A stretch of DNA of 64,000 bases from Candidatus Gastranaerophilales bacterium (GTDB lineage: Bacteria; Cyanobacteriota; Vampirovibrionia; Gastranaerophilales; Gastranaerophilaceae). Each line of letters begins with the position of its first letter. Positions within the stretch are counted from its first letter, which is position 1. A program made the translations under genes and the position numbers. Positions 38,852 to 47,973 of the stretch are shown in pieces. The stretch covers positions 12,717 to 76,716 of the forward strand of contig JAEEXX010000001.1 in the NCBI GenBank assembly GCA_016287985.1, written 5' to 3'. The notes under the pieces are model-generated. The model saw only the letters and a list, made by a program, of their open reading frames with translations, was not told where the DNA came from and did not search any database.

Positions 38852-39618
38852 AAATAGGAGTAATCGGTTTAGGACTTATAGGCGGTTCTATTTTTAAGAA
38901 ACTGAAAGAGCTTGGTACATATGAGCTTGTCGGAGTCTCGAGGAGTGTTAAAGAAATAAATATATCTGATGATTACAAAACATTATCAGATTGCGACATT
39001 GTTTTTGTTTGCACCCCTATGTCTGTAACATTATCTGTGCTGGATAAATTGGAAAAATATGTTACTGAAAACACCATAGTTACTGACGTATGCAGCATAA
39101 AGGGGTTTGTTTCAAAGAAAACTTATAAATATTGTTTTATTCCGTCACACCCAATGGCAGGAACAGAAAATAGCGGATGGGAAAGCTCTTTTCCTGGACT
39201 CTTTAAAGGTGCGAAATGGGTAATTACACCAATTAACGGGGAAATTAGCGACAAGCAGGAAAAACTTGAAGCTGTAATTGAAGAGATGGGAGCAGAGGTT
39301 GTTATTACAACTCCGGAAGAACACGACATTGCGGTTGCACTTATTTCTCATATGCCTATGGTTATTGCTCAAGCTCTTTGTGAGAATATTAAAAATAATA
39401 AATTAGCACAAACTTTGGCTGCATCAGGATTCAGAGATACAACGAGACTTGCACTTTCAAATACACAAATGGCCGCTGATATGGTCAACATGAACAAAGA
39501 GAATATTGAAACCGCACTCGATTCTCTGACTGAGAATTTGAATAAATTATTGAATAATAACTATTCTGAAGAAATAGAAAAAATTAAATCATTCAGAAAA
39601 AATCTCTATGGGAATTAA
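38848..39618 (+). CDS. tyrA: Prephenate/arogenate dehydrogenase
   Basis: GLGLIGGS, TDVCSIK, HPMAGTE, HD..VA.ISH and GFRDTTR motifs. Confidence 0.93.
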   Translation: MKIGVIGLGLIGGSIFKKLKELGTYELVGVSRSVKEINISDDYKTLSDCDIVFVCTPMSVTLSVLDKLEKYVTENTIVTDVCSIKGFVSKKTYKYCFIPSHPMAGTENSGWESSFPGLFKGAKWVITPINGEISDKQEKLEAVIEEMGAEVVITTPEEHDIAVALISHMPMVIAQALCENIKNNKLAQTLAASGFRDTTRLALSNTQMAADMVNMNKENIETALDSLTENLNKLLNNNYSEEIEKIKSFRKNLYGN

Positions 39619-40445
39619 TCATCAGATTCCGTAACATATGTAAGTATTTGCGGCCAGGAATTAAGATTAATATTTTTTACTTGAACCGGCGAGTTACCAT
39701 TATTATTATAAACAAAAATCTGACTAAGTCCTCGATTCGGATTTTCGAATGCTTGAACAATTTTATCAATATAAGTGCGTTCTTTTATAACATTAGGGTC
39801 AACTGTCCTTCCCGTTGTTTTCCCCCTTTCTAACGCTCTTTTAATTGCAATATCTTCATCCGTGTCAATATGTATAAGTACGATGTCATTATATTTATGA
39901 TCTCTGGCTTCATCTATAATATTATCAAGATTATCAATTGTCGTTGCGGTTTGGACTATTGTATTAATACCCCTTTTTAAAGCTTCGTTCAAGTTAGTTA
40001 TATTTATTGTCCAGCTGGCATCATGAACATAACCTGCACCACGTTCATTGTATTGCGGTAATTGAGGTTTTATTTCATCAGCATCAGGTGCATAAAATAA
40101 TTCTTCCAAATTATTTTGTCGAACAAAAGTTGTTTTTCCTCCGCCAATTCTTCCTGTTACAATAAGAAGTTTATGTTCGGCTGGGAATTTTTGCATTTTA
40201 CCTATTTCGTTTTGTGCAATATTTTGTAAAATCGCTAAAGGTATCACAGATGGTTGGAGTATCGAATTTCCTTCTTTTTTGTAATGTTCTGCTTCTACAG
40301 AAAAAGCCTTGAGGTATTTATTAACCAGTTCAATATATTGTGGTTTTGTCACCTGGCAACTTGTTTGGCAAAATGTTATACTGCTTGTATTCTTGCGATA
40401 ATACAAATTAATATTGTTAGTTGTTTGTATTCCTTGAACGTACAT
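39615..40445 (-). CDS. Zeta-toxin-like P-loop kinase with N-terminal extension
   Basis: GRIGGGKTT Walker A; DADEIK, VH.AS and RALERGKTTGRTV motifs. Confidence 0.75.
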   Translation of the reverse strand: MYVQGIQTTNNINLYYRKNTSSITFCQTSCQVTKPQYIELVNKYLKAFSVEAEHYKKEGNSILQPSVIPLAILQNIAQNEIGKMQKFPAEHKLLIVTGRIGGGKTTFVRQNNLEELFYAPDADEIKPQLPQYNERGAGYVHDASWTINITNLNEALKRGINTIVQTATTIDNLDNIIDEARDHKYNDIVLIHIDTDEDIAIKRALERGKTTGRTVDPNVIKERTYIDKIVQAFENPNRGLSQIFVYNNNGNSPVQVKNINLNSWPQILTYVTESDD

Positions 40446-40452
40446 ATTCCTT

Positions 40453-41244
40453 TTATGTTGCTAATTGTTTTTCTATAATATTTGTAGTGATAGTCGCTAC
40501 ATCATTATAAACCAAGTCATTACTATTTTTCAATGCTTGTTCTCCTGCATCTTTAACTGCATCTTCAATTACAATTGGGATAATCCCGAAACGTTTGCAT
40601 GCAGCGACAGCGGCTTTAACACAATATTCCTCTGCAACACCATAAACAAGTGCAATTTCTGCTCCTGCTCTCTTTAGGTTTTCAAACAATTGTATTCCCT
40701 TTTTGTTTTCTTCAACTTTTCCTGTATTTCCATTGCCATATTTCAAAACATCAATTTCATTTTTTTCAACACGTATAATTTCTTTATTCGCAATTGCGTT
40801 TTGAATCTCAAAAACAGTCGGTACATCATCTTTTTCAGGCTCTACTTCAATAAGATATTTTGGAGTTTCAAAAACTGTTTCAGGTATTTTTTCCGCTCCT
40901 AAAGTTCCTTTTTCGCTGTGGATATCGGAAACAAATTTGAAGAATTTTATTTCAGGGTCGGAAAATTTGTGTGCATCAACAGTTTCCAACTTTGGCAGTT
41001 TATTTAGAAAAATTTCCTTAATTTTTAATAATGCGGGAATAATTTTATCAGCACCTATAACAGGGAATCCGTCTGTTATACCATCATTGCGCTTTAATAT
41101 TAGTTGGTCCATAAACCCGTGTGTTGTATCAACGTCATACAAAAATACTTTATTATTTTTTAATGCTGTTTGTAAGATTCTCATTTCTTTTGAAGTAATT
41201 TGATGACTTTGAAATATTTGGTTGTCAATTTTGTTGACTTGCAT
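40453..41244 (-). CDS. Isochorismatase/nicotinamidase (PncA-like) cysteine hydrolase with N-terminal extension
   Basis: DVDTTHGF (Asp), VDAH, HSEKGTLGAE, EK (Lys) and GVAEEYCV (Cys). Confidence 0.8.
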   Translation of the reverse strand: MQVNKIDNQIFQSHQITSKEMRILQTALKNNKVFLYDVDTTHGFMDQLILKRNDGITDGFPVIGADKIIPALLKIKEIFLNKLPKLETVDAHKFSDPEIKFFKFVSDIHSEKGTLGAEKIPETVFETPKYLIEVEPEKDDVPTVFEIQNAIANKEIIRVEKNEIDVLKYGNGNTGKVEENKKGIQLFENLKRAGAEIALVYGVAEEYCVKAAVAACKRFGIIPIVIEDAVKDAGEQALKNSNDLVYNDVATITTNIIEKQLAT

Positions 41245-41256
41245 AATTTTCCCTCC

Positions 41257-42249
41257 TTATTTTCTGCATTTTTCCCAATTACTGAAGTTATTATACATGT
41301 CATCAGTATTTTTTAAATCTAATCCCATTTTTTCGGTTGCTTTAGACAAATCGAAATCGGGATGGGAGCATAATTTTTCAAAGAAATGAGCATTATCAGG
41401 AATATTATTTTTCATCTTTTCTTTCATATCAGCTTCATAATTGACTATTCGATATGCTAAAGCAGGTGTTGGCACAAATAAACCTTCGTATCGCTGCAAT
41501 TTATCGAAACGAGAGTCATAATAATTGTCAATATAATTTGGATCAAAACTTTTATGTTCCATTAACATATTAATTATGTCATACATTCCTTCGGAAAATT
41601 CTTTATTATTTTCCAAAATCTTATACAAGTCTCTTGATGCTGAGTTGTAGTCTTCCTTTTGAACAGCAGTTTTGATAAAATCGTTTGCTATACTCAGCTT
41701 TGAATCATCTAACGGTCGTCCGCTGTATTTGCGTTCTTGATAATCTTTCAATAACTTGCAAGCAATTTCTGAAGTAAAAGTACCACTTTCGTCTAAGCAA
41801 TATTCACTCACATCTACGTTAGGATTTGCAGCAAGGTCACATAAATTTTTACGCAGGTATTCGGGATTATCCGTATAATCTTTGTCAAACATACAGCTTG
41901 CCGCAAGTCGTGCCGGAGAGACCCAAACTATTTTTGTATATGTATCATGCCACGGAGCATCTCTTCTTACTCGCCCCATTCTTGTAAAAAAATCTTTATA
42001 ATACGTGTTTATTCTCTTATCATATACAAATTTATCAAGATATGCTTTAACACTTTCTGCCAATGTTAACTTACGATTCTGAAAAAACTTTTCCTTTACT
42101 ATTTTATGCCATAAAATATCATCAGGATTTTTGGGAGCAATTTCTCTTCTTGCTAATTGTCTTTGAATATCAGCCATTCTAAGTTCTTTAAATGATAAAC
42201 TGTTGTTATTTTTTATATTGTCATAACCTTTGATTGCACAAATCTGCAT
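41257..42249 (-). CDS. Hypothetical protein with lineage-type leader
   Basis: 330-aa ORF with GAGG RBS; translationally adjacent to the downstream gene. Confidence 0.7.
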   Translation of the reverse strand: MQICAIKGYDNIKNNNSLSFKELRMADIQRQLARREIAPKNPDDILWHKIVKEKFFQNRKLTLAESVKAYLDKFVYDKRINTYYKDFFTRMGRVRRDAPWHDTYTKIVWVSPARLAASCMFDKDYTDNPEYLRKNLCDLAANPNVDVSEYCLDESGTFTSEIACKLLKDYQERKYSGRPLDDSKLSIANDFIKTAVQKEDYNSASRDLYKILENNKEFSEGMYDIINMLMEHKSFDPNYIDNYYDSRFDKLQRYEGLFVPTPALAYRIVNYEADMKEKMKNNIPDNAHFFEKLCSHPDFDLSKATEKMGLDLKNTDDMYNNFSNWEKCRK

Positions 42250-42282
42250 TTTGTTACCTCATAATTTTGTACATTATTTATA

Positions 42283-42306
42283 AAAACCCGTAAAAATAGT
42301 TTTTGC
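42283..42306 (-). promoter_or_regulatory. Conserved promoter-like motif (GCAAA-N14-GTTTT)
   Basis: GCAAAAACTATTTTTACGGGTTTT. Confidence 0.6.
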
Positions 42307-42312
42307 TATCTT

Positions 42313-42807
42313 CTATATTTCATTTGCAAGTTGTATCCAATAGTTGTCGTTAACGTTGAATTTTTTAAGAAGCTCCTGCGGGGTTATTTCATATTTTTCA
42401 GCTAATCCTTTTAACAAGTATTTTTCGGCATTTTTGACTAAATTTTCACAATTCTCTTTTGATGCTTTGCATAATCCTAATACTTTATCGTTTACGATTG
42501 GAAATATAGCATTAAAACTAATTTCTTCGTTATTAAATTTTGGATTACTTACTAAAGATTTTTCTGTTTGTAATCTTATATGATCATTAGGATGCAATTT
42601 TGTAAAATTTAATTTTAACAGAGTGTCTTTATCACCGGTTTCTCCTATTGATTTTATAAAATTTCTTAAGCATCCGATTTTACAATTTTCATCTAAACAA
42701 CCTTCTATTGCTTTAATCGATTCAGAGGCAATTCTTGCTTTAAATGTATTTTGTGTTTTTGAATTAAAATTTCCGCTTTGTGTTGTGTCTATAATACTAA
42801 TCTTCAT
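42313..42807 (-). CDS. Hypothetical protein with lineage-type leader
   Basis: Start at ATG 42807 (MKISIID) after GAAAGGAG, which abuts the radical SAM stop codon. Confidence 0.7.
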   Translation of the reverse strand: MKISIIDTTQSGNFNSKTQNTFKARIASESIKAIEGCLDENCKIGCLRNFIKSIGETGDKDTLLKLNFTKLHPNDHIRLQTEKSLVSNPKFNNEEISFNAIFPIVNDKVLGLCKASKENCENLVKNAEKYLLKGLAEKYEITPQELLKKFNVNDNYWIQLANEI

Positions 42808-42821
42808 AAATACTCCTTTCA

Positions 42822-43823
42822 TTACTTTAATAAATTAGATTTTGAATATCCTTCCGTAACAAAATAACTATTTGTAATTGTTCCGTCTGTAAAATAATTA
42901 TTTGAATTTATTGTTACTTTGAGTGCATGCCACAAACTTACTCTCTTGCCGTAAATCTCATATATCGGATAACCTTTAAACATATCTACCTTTGGAAATT
43001 TCGAATCAATTTCTTGCAATAAATCTTCAAAGGCTTTTATATCTTCTTCGTACTGTTCTTTATTTATGTCCGCACAAATAGCACGAAGTTGTATGTATTT
43101 CACGTTAGGATACTTTGAAAGTTCATGTATCGTATCTAAAACATCATCTTTATTGTATCTTGTCACAACTGTTGCTATACGCACATTATCACCGCTTGCT
43201 GGTATAATCTTTTCCCAGTCAGGCATTCTTTCAGTTCCAATGATTTTTTTATTTATTTCAGGTTTAAATGAATGTATCGAATATGAAATTTCATCATTAA
43301 AAGCAGATAAAACCTTATCCATGTCTTCTGTTTGATAATATCCGTTTGTTCTTATTCCGACTTTAAATCCCATACTCTTAAGATATTCAACCAATTCTAA
43401 AAGATATTTATAAATCGCAGGATCTGTATCCATACCGGTCAAATAAAGTTTTTCAATCCCCTCGTTTTTTGTCTGTTCTAAAAAAGGAAGAAAATTTCTC
43501 CATTCTTTGAAGTGTAAATCTAATTGGGAAACCTTATTTATATTTTTACCAACACGTTCAGCTATTTGTTTCAATTCATTTCCTATACAAAAGAAACACT
43601 TTAAGTTGCATTTTCCCATTAGGTTGATATTTGCAAAGGACGGTAGTTCACGAACTCTATTTTTATCGGATTTAGCGAATTCGTCAAGCAACTCGGCCTT
43701 AATTGCTGCTGCTCGAAATGTTTGATTATAATTCGACTGCATTGGAAAAATGTACTTAACTTTTGTTTCATTGTATTTTGAAGTGTCTGATTGCATTGTG
43801 ACATGAAAGTTCGTATTAATCAT
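42822..43823 (-). CDS. Radical SAM enzyme with N-terminal extension
   Basis: CNLKCFFC (CxxxCxxC), LTGMDTDP and IRTNG motifs. Confidence 0.9.
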   Translation of the reverse strand: MINTNFHVTMQSDTSKYNETKVKYIFPMQSNYNQTFRAAAIKAELLDEFAKSDKNRVRELPSFANINLMGKCNLKCFFCIGNELKQIAERVGKNINKVSQLDLHFKEWRNFLPFLEQTKNEGIEKLYLTGMDTDPAIYKYLLELVEYLKSMGFKVGIRTNGYYQTEDMDKVLSAFNDEISYSIHSFKPEINKKIIGTERMPDWEKIIPASGDNVRIATVVTRYNKDDVLDTIHELSKYPNVKYIQLRAICADINKEQYEEDIKAFEDLLQEIDSKFPKVDMFKGYPIYEIYGKRVSLWHALKVTINSNNYFTDGTITNSYFVTEGYSKSNLLK

Positions 43824-43962
43824 ATGAACTCCTTTCTTTTTACACTTTCACACACGACCATTTTGTTATCATTATTTAAACGCAACCAAATCATTTTGTT
43901 CATATTATAATTAAGGTATTAGATAAAATTTGAAATAAAATTTAAGGGATTTTTGTAAATTT

Positions 43963-44445
43963 ATGCAAAATTTTAAGGGTACCTTTAATATTGATGATAT
44001 ATCATTAAAAATTCTTGGTTTGCTACAGGAAAATGCCAGAATGTCTTACACAGAAATAGGACAAAAAATCGGTATGACATCTTCTTCCGTAAAAGAGCGT
44101 GTGCAAAAACTGGAAGAAATGGAAATAATAGAAAAATATACCGTTAAACTCAATAATGAAAAAATTGGTTTTCCAATAACCGCAATAACATTATGGAAAT
44201 GTGCGGATGCATATATTCCTAAAGAACAAATGCTTGTTGATATATTAAAAAAATATCCTCAAGTTATGGAAGTTTTACGGATAACGGGCAAAAATGATTT
44301 TATGGTAAAATTCTGCGCTAAAACAATGGAAGAATGCAAAGAAATTACAGACAAATTGGGCAGGTACGGTCAAATAGAAACTTCCTTTGTTGTAACAAGT
44401 TTTGTTAATAATCAGGATATAAATTTTTCTGCAAAATGGGAATAA
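43963..44445 (+). CDS. Lrp/AsnC family transcriptional regulator
   Basis: ILGLLQENARMSYTEIG...VKERVQKLEE..II..Y and ITGKNDF motifs. Confidence 0.93.
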   Translation: MQNFKGTFNIDDISLKILGLLQENARMSYTEIGQKIGMTSSSVKERVQKLEEMEIIEKYTVKLNNEKIGFPITAITLWKCADAYIPKEQMLVDILKKYPQVMEVLRITGKNDFMVKFCAKTMEECKEITDKLGRYGQIETSFVVTSFVNNQDINFSAKWE

Positions 44446-44446
44446 T

Positions 44447-45442
44447 CTAAGTTGGCATGACACTATTAGGGCAAAAATCCCCGATTGCGGTATATTTACC
44501 GGTTTTCTCTTCTACTTTTAATACCTTTGCAGATGAATTTGTCAGAACATTTTGGGTTTGTACACATTCGAATCCATTATCCATATATATTTTGTCATTT
44601 ACTTCACCAATATTGGTATATTTTTTCGTTCTGACAAATAAGCCGAATTTTTTATTTCTGCGTTTTATTTTCGCAATTGCATAACTTAAAATTTCGTTTA
44701 TATCAAGGTTTGCCCAGCTATTTTGAATAATATCCACAATATAATTTTCATTATCTGAGGTTTGTATAATAATGCAGCCGGTTATATTACGTGTTTTTTT
44801 ATCAATGATGGTGTATTTATATTCACTTATATAAGAAAGTCCTTTAAATATATCCTCTCTGAATTCTGTTGCTTCTATACTCAAAAGAGGGCGGAAATGC
44901 GGTAACAAAGAGTCATTATAAATATTTGCCAAAACCTGTGCATCAGAATTTCTAAAATGCCTAAATTCTCTTTTGTCATATATCGGTTCCGGAAATTTTG
45001 TTATTCGCCAAAGTCTCTCGTATGAAATTTGACTGAATCCGCATTTTGAAACAAACATAGAAATTAATTCGGGCAAATAATCATCTACTTTAACTAAAAC
45101 AGATGATGCACCCATAGCTTTATATTTAGAAACAGCGTACTGAACCAATTCTGCAGCTTCCTCATAAGAATTTTCTTCAAAGAAAAGTTTTTTTATTTCA
45201 ACTTTTTTTTGCCTGCTTTTATTCGGGGCTAAGGTAATCAGACCTTTAATCTCACTTTTTTCACGCAATACGTAAGACTCCGGTAAATATTTAAACCTGA
45301 GCGGCAGCAAATGATGCAACAATATCAACGGATTAAACATAATGCCGTTAATATATGCACTTCCGGCATCATTATTTAAAAAAGATATCATTTCCAACGT
45401 TTTCTTCTTATCAAAAAATAAAAGCTTCCGAATTTTGCTCAT
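44447..45442 (-). CDS. Hypothetical protein, possibly tandem GNAT-like fold
   Basis: 331-aa ORF; FRHFRNSDAQVLANIY and ..GF.. motifs typical of GNAT folds. Confidence 0.55.
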   Translation of the reverse strand: MSKIRKLLFFDKKKTLEMISFLNNDAGSAYINGIMFNPLILLHHLLPLRFKYLPESYVLREKSEIKGLITLAPNKSRQKKVEIKKLFFEENSYEEAAELVQYAVSKYKAMGASSVLVKVDDYLPELISMFVSKCGFSQISYERLWRITKFPEPIYDKREFRHFRNSDAQVLANIYNDSLLPHFRPLLSIEATEFREDIFKGLSYISEYKYTIIDKKTRNITGCIIIQTSDNENYIVDIIQNSWANLDINEILSYAIAKIKRRNKKFGLFVRTKKYTNIGEVNDKIYMDNGFECVQTQNVLTNSSAKVLKVEEKTGKYTAIGDFCPNSVMPT

Positions 45443-45569
45443 AAGAAAATTATAGCCTTAATGAATATTACTTTCAAGTAAGCCAAAATATGCATAAAAA
45501 TTGTTCTAATGCACTATGATGGTGTTATTATTATATATAGTCTTTTTACATAAAATATGTTATTGTTAC

Positions 45570-45948
45570 GTGTATTTTCTTTTCTTTATTTCGGATGTAA
45601 AGAAAAGAAAATACACACAAAAGAAAAGAAATCACCGAAATGTATTCCACATCCTCGTTTCACTCGGCTGTGGTTTTATTTCGGCTGCGCCGAATCGCTT
45701 ACACACGCTACCGTGATTGCGCCACACGCTCGTATTACTTTCATGTACTCACTCCTTAATTTTACCCCCTCTCCGAGCATAACGGAGCGAATAATCAATG
45801 TAGGCGAAACAACAACAGAGCGAGCATGTTCGAAGGCGTGTAACGCCTGAGTTTGCGAGCTTTATGTTGAGCCGTACAATTGATTAATGAGCGCAGTTTA
45901 GCTCGGGAGTTTCTTTACGCCACTTTCTTTTCGATAAAAGAAAGTGGC
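45570..45948 (+). ncRNA. Large structured non-coding element (unclassified RNA or non-autonomous repeat)
   Basis: 19-bp hairpin at 45570-45616, about 140-nt rod at 45771-45909, hairpin at 45919-45948. Confidence 0.5.
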
Positions 45949-45955
45949 AATTAAA

Positions 45956-46031
45956 TTAATAAAACCCTCTCCAAGAATTTCTAATATCCTTACGGATATT
46001 GAAATTCTATCCTCCCCAAGGGGGAGGTAGA
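45956..46031. repeat. Palindromic REP-like element, copy 2
   Basis: TTAATAAAACCCTCTC-hairpin-ATCCTCCCC..GGGGAGGTAGA. Confidence 0.7.
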
Positions 46032-46053
46032 TGTGAATAACATATTTTATGTT

Positions 46054-46085
46054 AAAAAGGGAATTCATTAAGAATCCCCTTTTTT
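46054..46085 (-). terminator. Intrinsic terminator
   Basis: AAAAAGGGAATTC...GAATCCCCTTTTT. Confidence 0.65.
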
Positions 46086-46092
46086 AAAATCA

Positions 46093-46440
46093 TTAAAATG
46101 GTTTTGTTTGATTCAATTTTGCTCTCAGTTCCCTGAATCTTGCTATATCTTCTTCCTGCGACCTTGGAGCATCCTTAAATAAAGATTGAGAAATCGGATG
46201 AACCATTAATATTGAATCCATGTGGAGTTCCAAAAATTCATATCTTTTGGGTGGCTGATTAGAATTCTTTGCGTAAATTTCCGCATTTGTTACCGCTAAA
46301 AATCTTCTGTTACTGTCATTCAAAAGTTCGGTTAATTGACGATTTGCCGCAACTCCTTTTGACACATAAACTGTTCCTTTAATATCACTGTTTTCGGTTA
46401 ATATTATAACTTCTACAGGCGTAGCATCACTGTTTGGCAT
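46093..46440 (-). CDS. Conserved small beta-barrel (Sm-like) hypothetical protein
   Basis: V.I.T....IKG.VY...RQLTELLN...RFLAVTNA...FL.L....I..VHP pattern. Confidence 0.65.
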   Translation of the reverse strand: MPNSDATPVEVIILTENSDIKGTVYVSKGVAANRQLTELLNDSNRRFLAVTNAEIYAKNSNQPPKRYEFLELHMDSILMVHPISQSLFKDAPRSQEEDIARFRELRAKLNQTKPF

Positions 46441-46497
46441 TTTATATCCTCTCTTTATAATATATAATTCTATAATATTTTTCTTATTATGTAAACT

Positions 46498-47883
46498 CTA
46501 CTTTATTTCTTCAATAAAAGAACTTATCATTTTTTTCAAATCCTGTAATTTAACTTTATTATCAGTTTCCAGATATATTCTTAGTATTGGCTCTGTTCCG
46601 CTCGGACGAACAAGTACCTTTGTTCTTGCGCCCAACATAAGTTTCACACCATCTTTCAAATTGGTATCTGTAACCTCATATCCACATAAAGGATTTGTAT
46701 TCTTAAATACTTCCACAATCTTAGTTATTTCATCAGAATTACTTTTCTTCAAATCAATTCTGTCGGTATAAAACTTACACCCAACAAATTCATATGCCTG
46801 CTGGTGCAATTCTTCCAATGTTAATCCGCTGTCTGCCACAGCTTCAAGTAACAACAGATTTGCTAAAATACCATCTTTTTCCGGAATATGCCCATGAATA
46901 CTCAGTCCACCTGATTCTTCACCACCTATTATAACTTCATTTTGACGCATCATTTCACCAATATATTTAAATCCTACTGGTGTTTCAATAACCTCAATAC
47001 CAAGTTTCTCAGCTGTCTCATCAATTAAGATACTTGAACCAACTGTTTTTACTACACTTCCTTTAAATCCTTTTTTAATTAGGTATTTTAGTATAATCGT
47101 TATTACGACATCCGGGGGTACAAAGTATCCGTTTTCATCAATTACACCAAATCGGTCTGCATCTCCGTCATTGGCAAGTCCTATAGTATCGTGCCTTGAA
47201 TTTATTTCCTCAACTAATTGTTGAAGATATTTAGGCTTAGGATCCGGCATTAAACCGCCAAAATACGGATCAAGCTCCATTCTCATTGTATCAAATTTTA
47301 TGCCGTTATCCTTTAATATTTTGTCAAAATATCCTATCGATGCAGAATAAAATCCATCATATAAAATTTTCGATTTTAGCGTTTTTATCTTTTTAAAATC
47401 AATTAATTTTTTAATATGGGCAAAATAAGCACCGCCAAAATCCGCATTAGTTACTTTGTTCTTTTTACTAAATGCCGCAAACTCTAGATCTAAATTTGCC
47501 ATAATCTCTTCTGTTATCTCGGATGTTGCAGGGCCTGCATAATCCGGAATAAATTTCATTCCCAGATATTCCGGAGGATTATGTGATGCAGTAAACATAA
47601 TAGCACATGCATTTCTAAATTTAGCATTATATGCTAACACAGGAGTCGGGACAACTTTTGATGACAAAATTGTCAAACATCCTTTTGAAGCGAGAATATC
47701 AGCAGATTTTTTTGCATAACCATCAGATTCATTTCTGGAATCATAACCTATGATTATTTGCTTATCTTTCCCGTATGTATCAAAAACATATTTACCGATT
47801 GCAAGCGTAACTTTTTCTACATTTGCATCGTTAAATTCTTCATTTAAAACAGCTCTCCAGCCATCTGTTCCGAATTTTATCAT
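46498..47883 (-). CDS. Phosphoglucomutase/phosphomannomutase family protein
   Basis: IKFGTDGWR, TASHNP, DGDADR, GGEESGG and RPSGTEP motifs; start reassigned to ATG 47883. Confidence 0.95.
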   Translation of the reverse strand: MIKFGTDGWRAVLNEEFNDANVEKVTLAIGKYVFDTYGKDKQIIIGYDSRNESDGYAKKSADILASKGCLTILSSKVVPTPVLAYNAKFRNACAIMFTASHNPPEYLGMKFIPDYAGPATSEITEEIMANLDLEFAAFSKKNKVTNADFGGAYFAHIKKLIDFKKIKTLKSKILYDGFYSASIGYFDKILKDNGIKFDTMRMELDPYFGGLMPDPKPKYLQQLVEEINSRHDTIGLANDGDADRFGVIDENGYFVPPDVVITIILKYLIKKGFKGSVVKTVGSSILIDETAEKLGIEVIETPVGFKYIGEMMRQNEVIIGGEESGGLSIHGHIPEKDGILANLLLLEAVADSGLTLEELHQQAYEFVGCKFYTDRIDLKKSNSDEITKIVEVFKNTNPLCGYEVTDTNLKDGVKLMLGARTKVLVRPSGTEPILRIYLETDNKVKLQDLKKMISSFIEEIK

Positions 47884-47973
47884 ATTTGCCTTCTTAGTAC
47901 TACGTTTATATAAGTATTTTATCATGGAATTTTAAATAATTGACAACCCGTTTAATCAAGACTATCCTTAAAT

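Noticed and set aside
42822-43823. Firm call as prokaryotic viperin
   Set aside because: Only generic radical SAM motifs are visible; viperin-specific residues could not be confirmed by eye.
45516-45850. ORFs 45516-45716 and 45557-45850
   Set aside because: No RBS, atypical composition, and they overlap the structured non-coding element.
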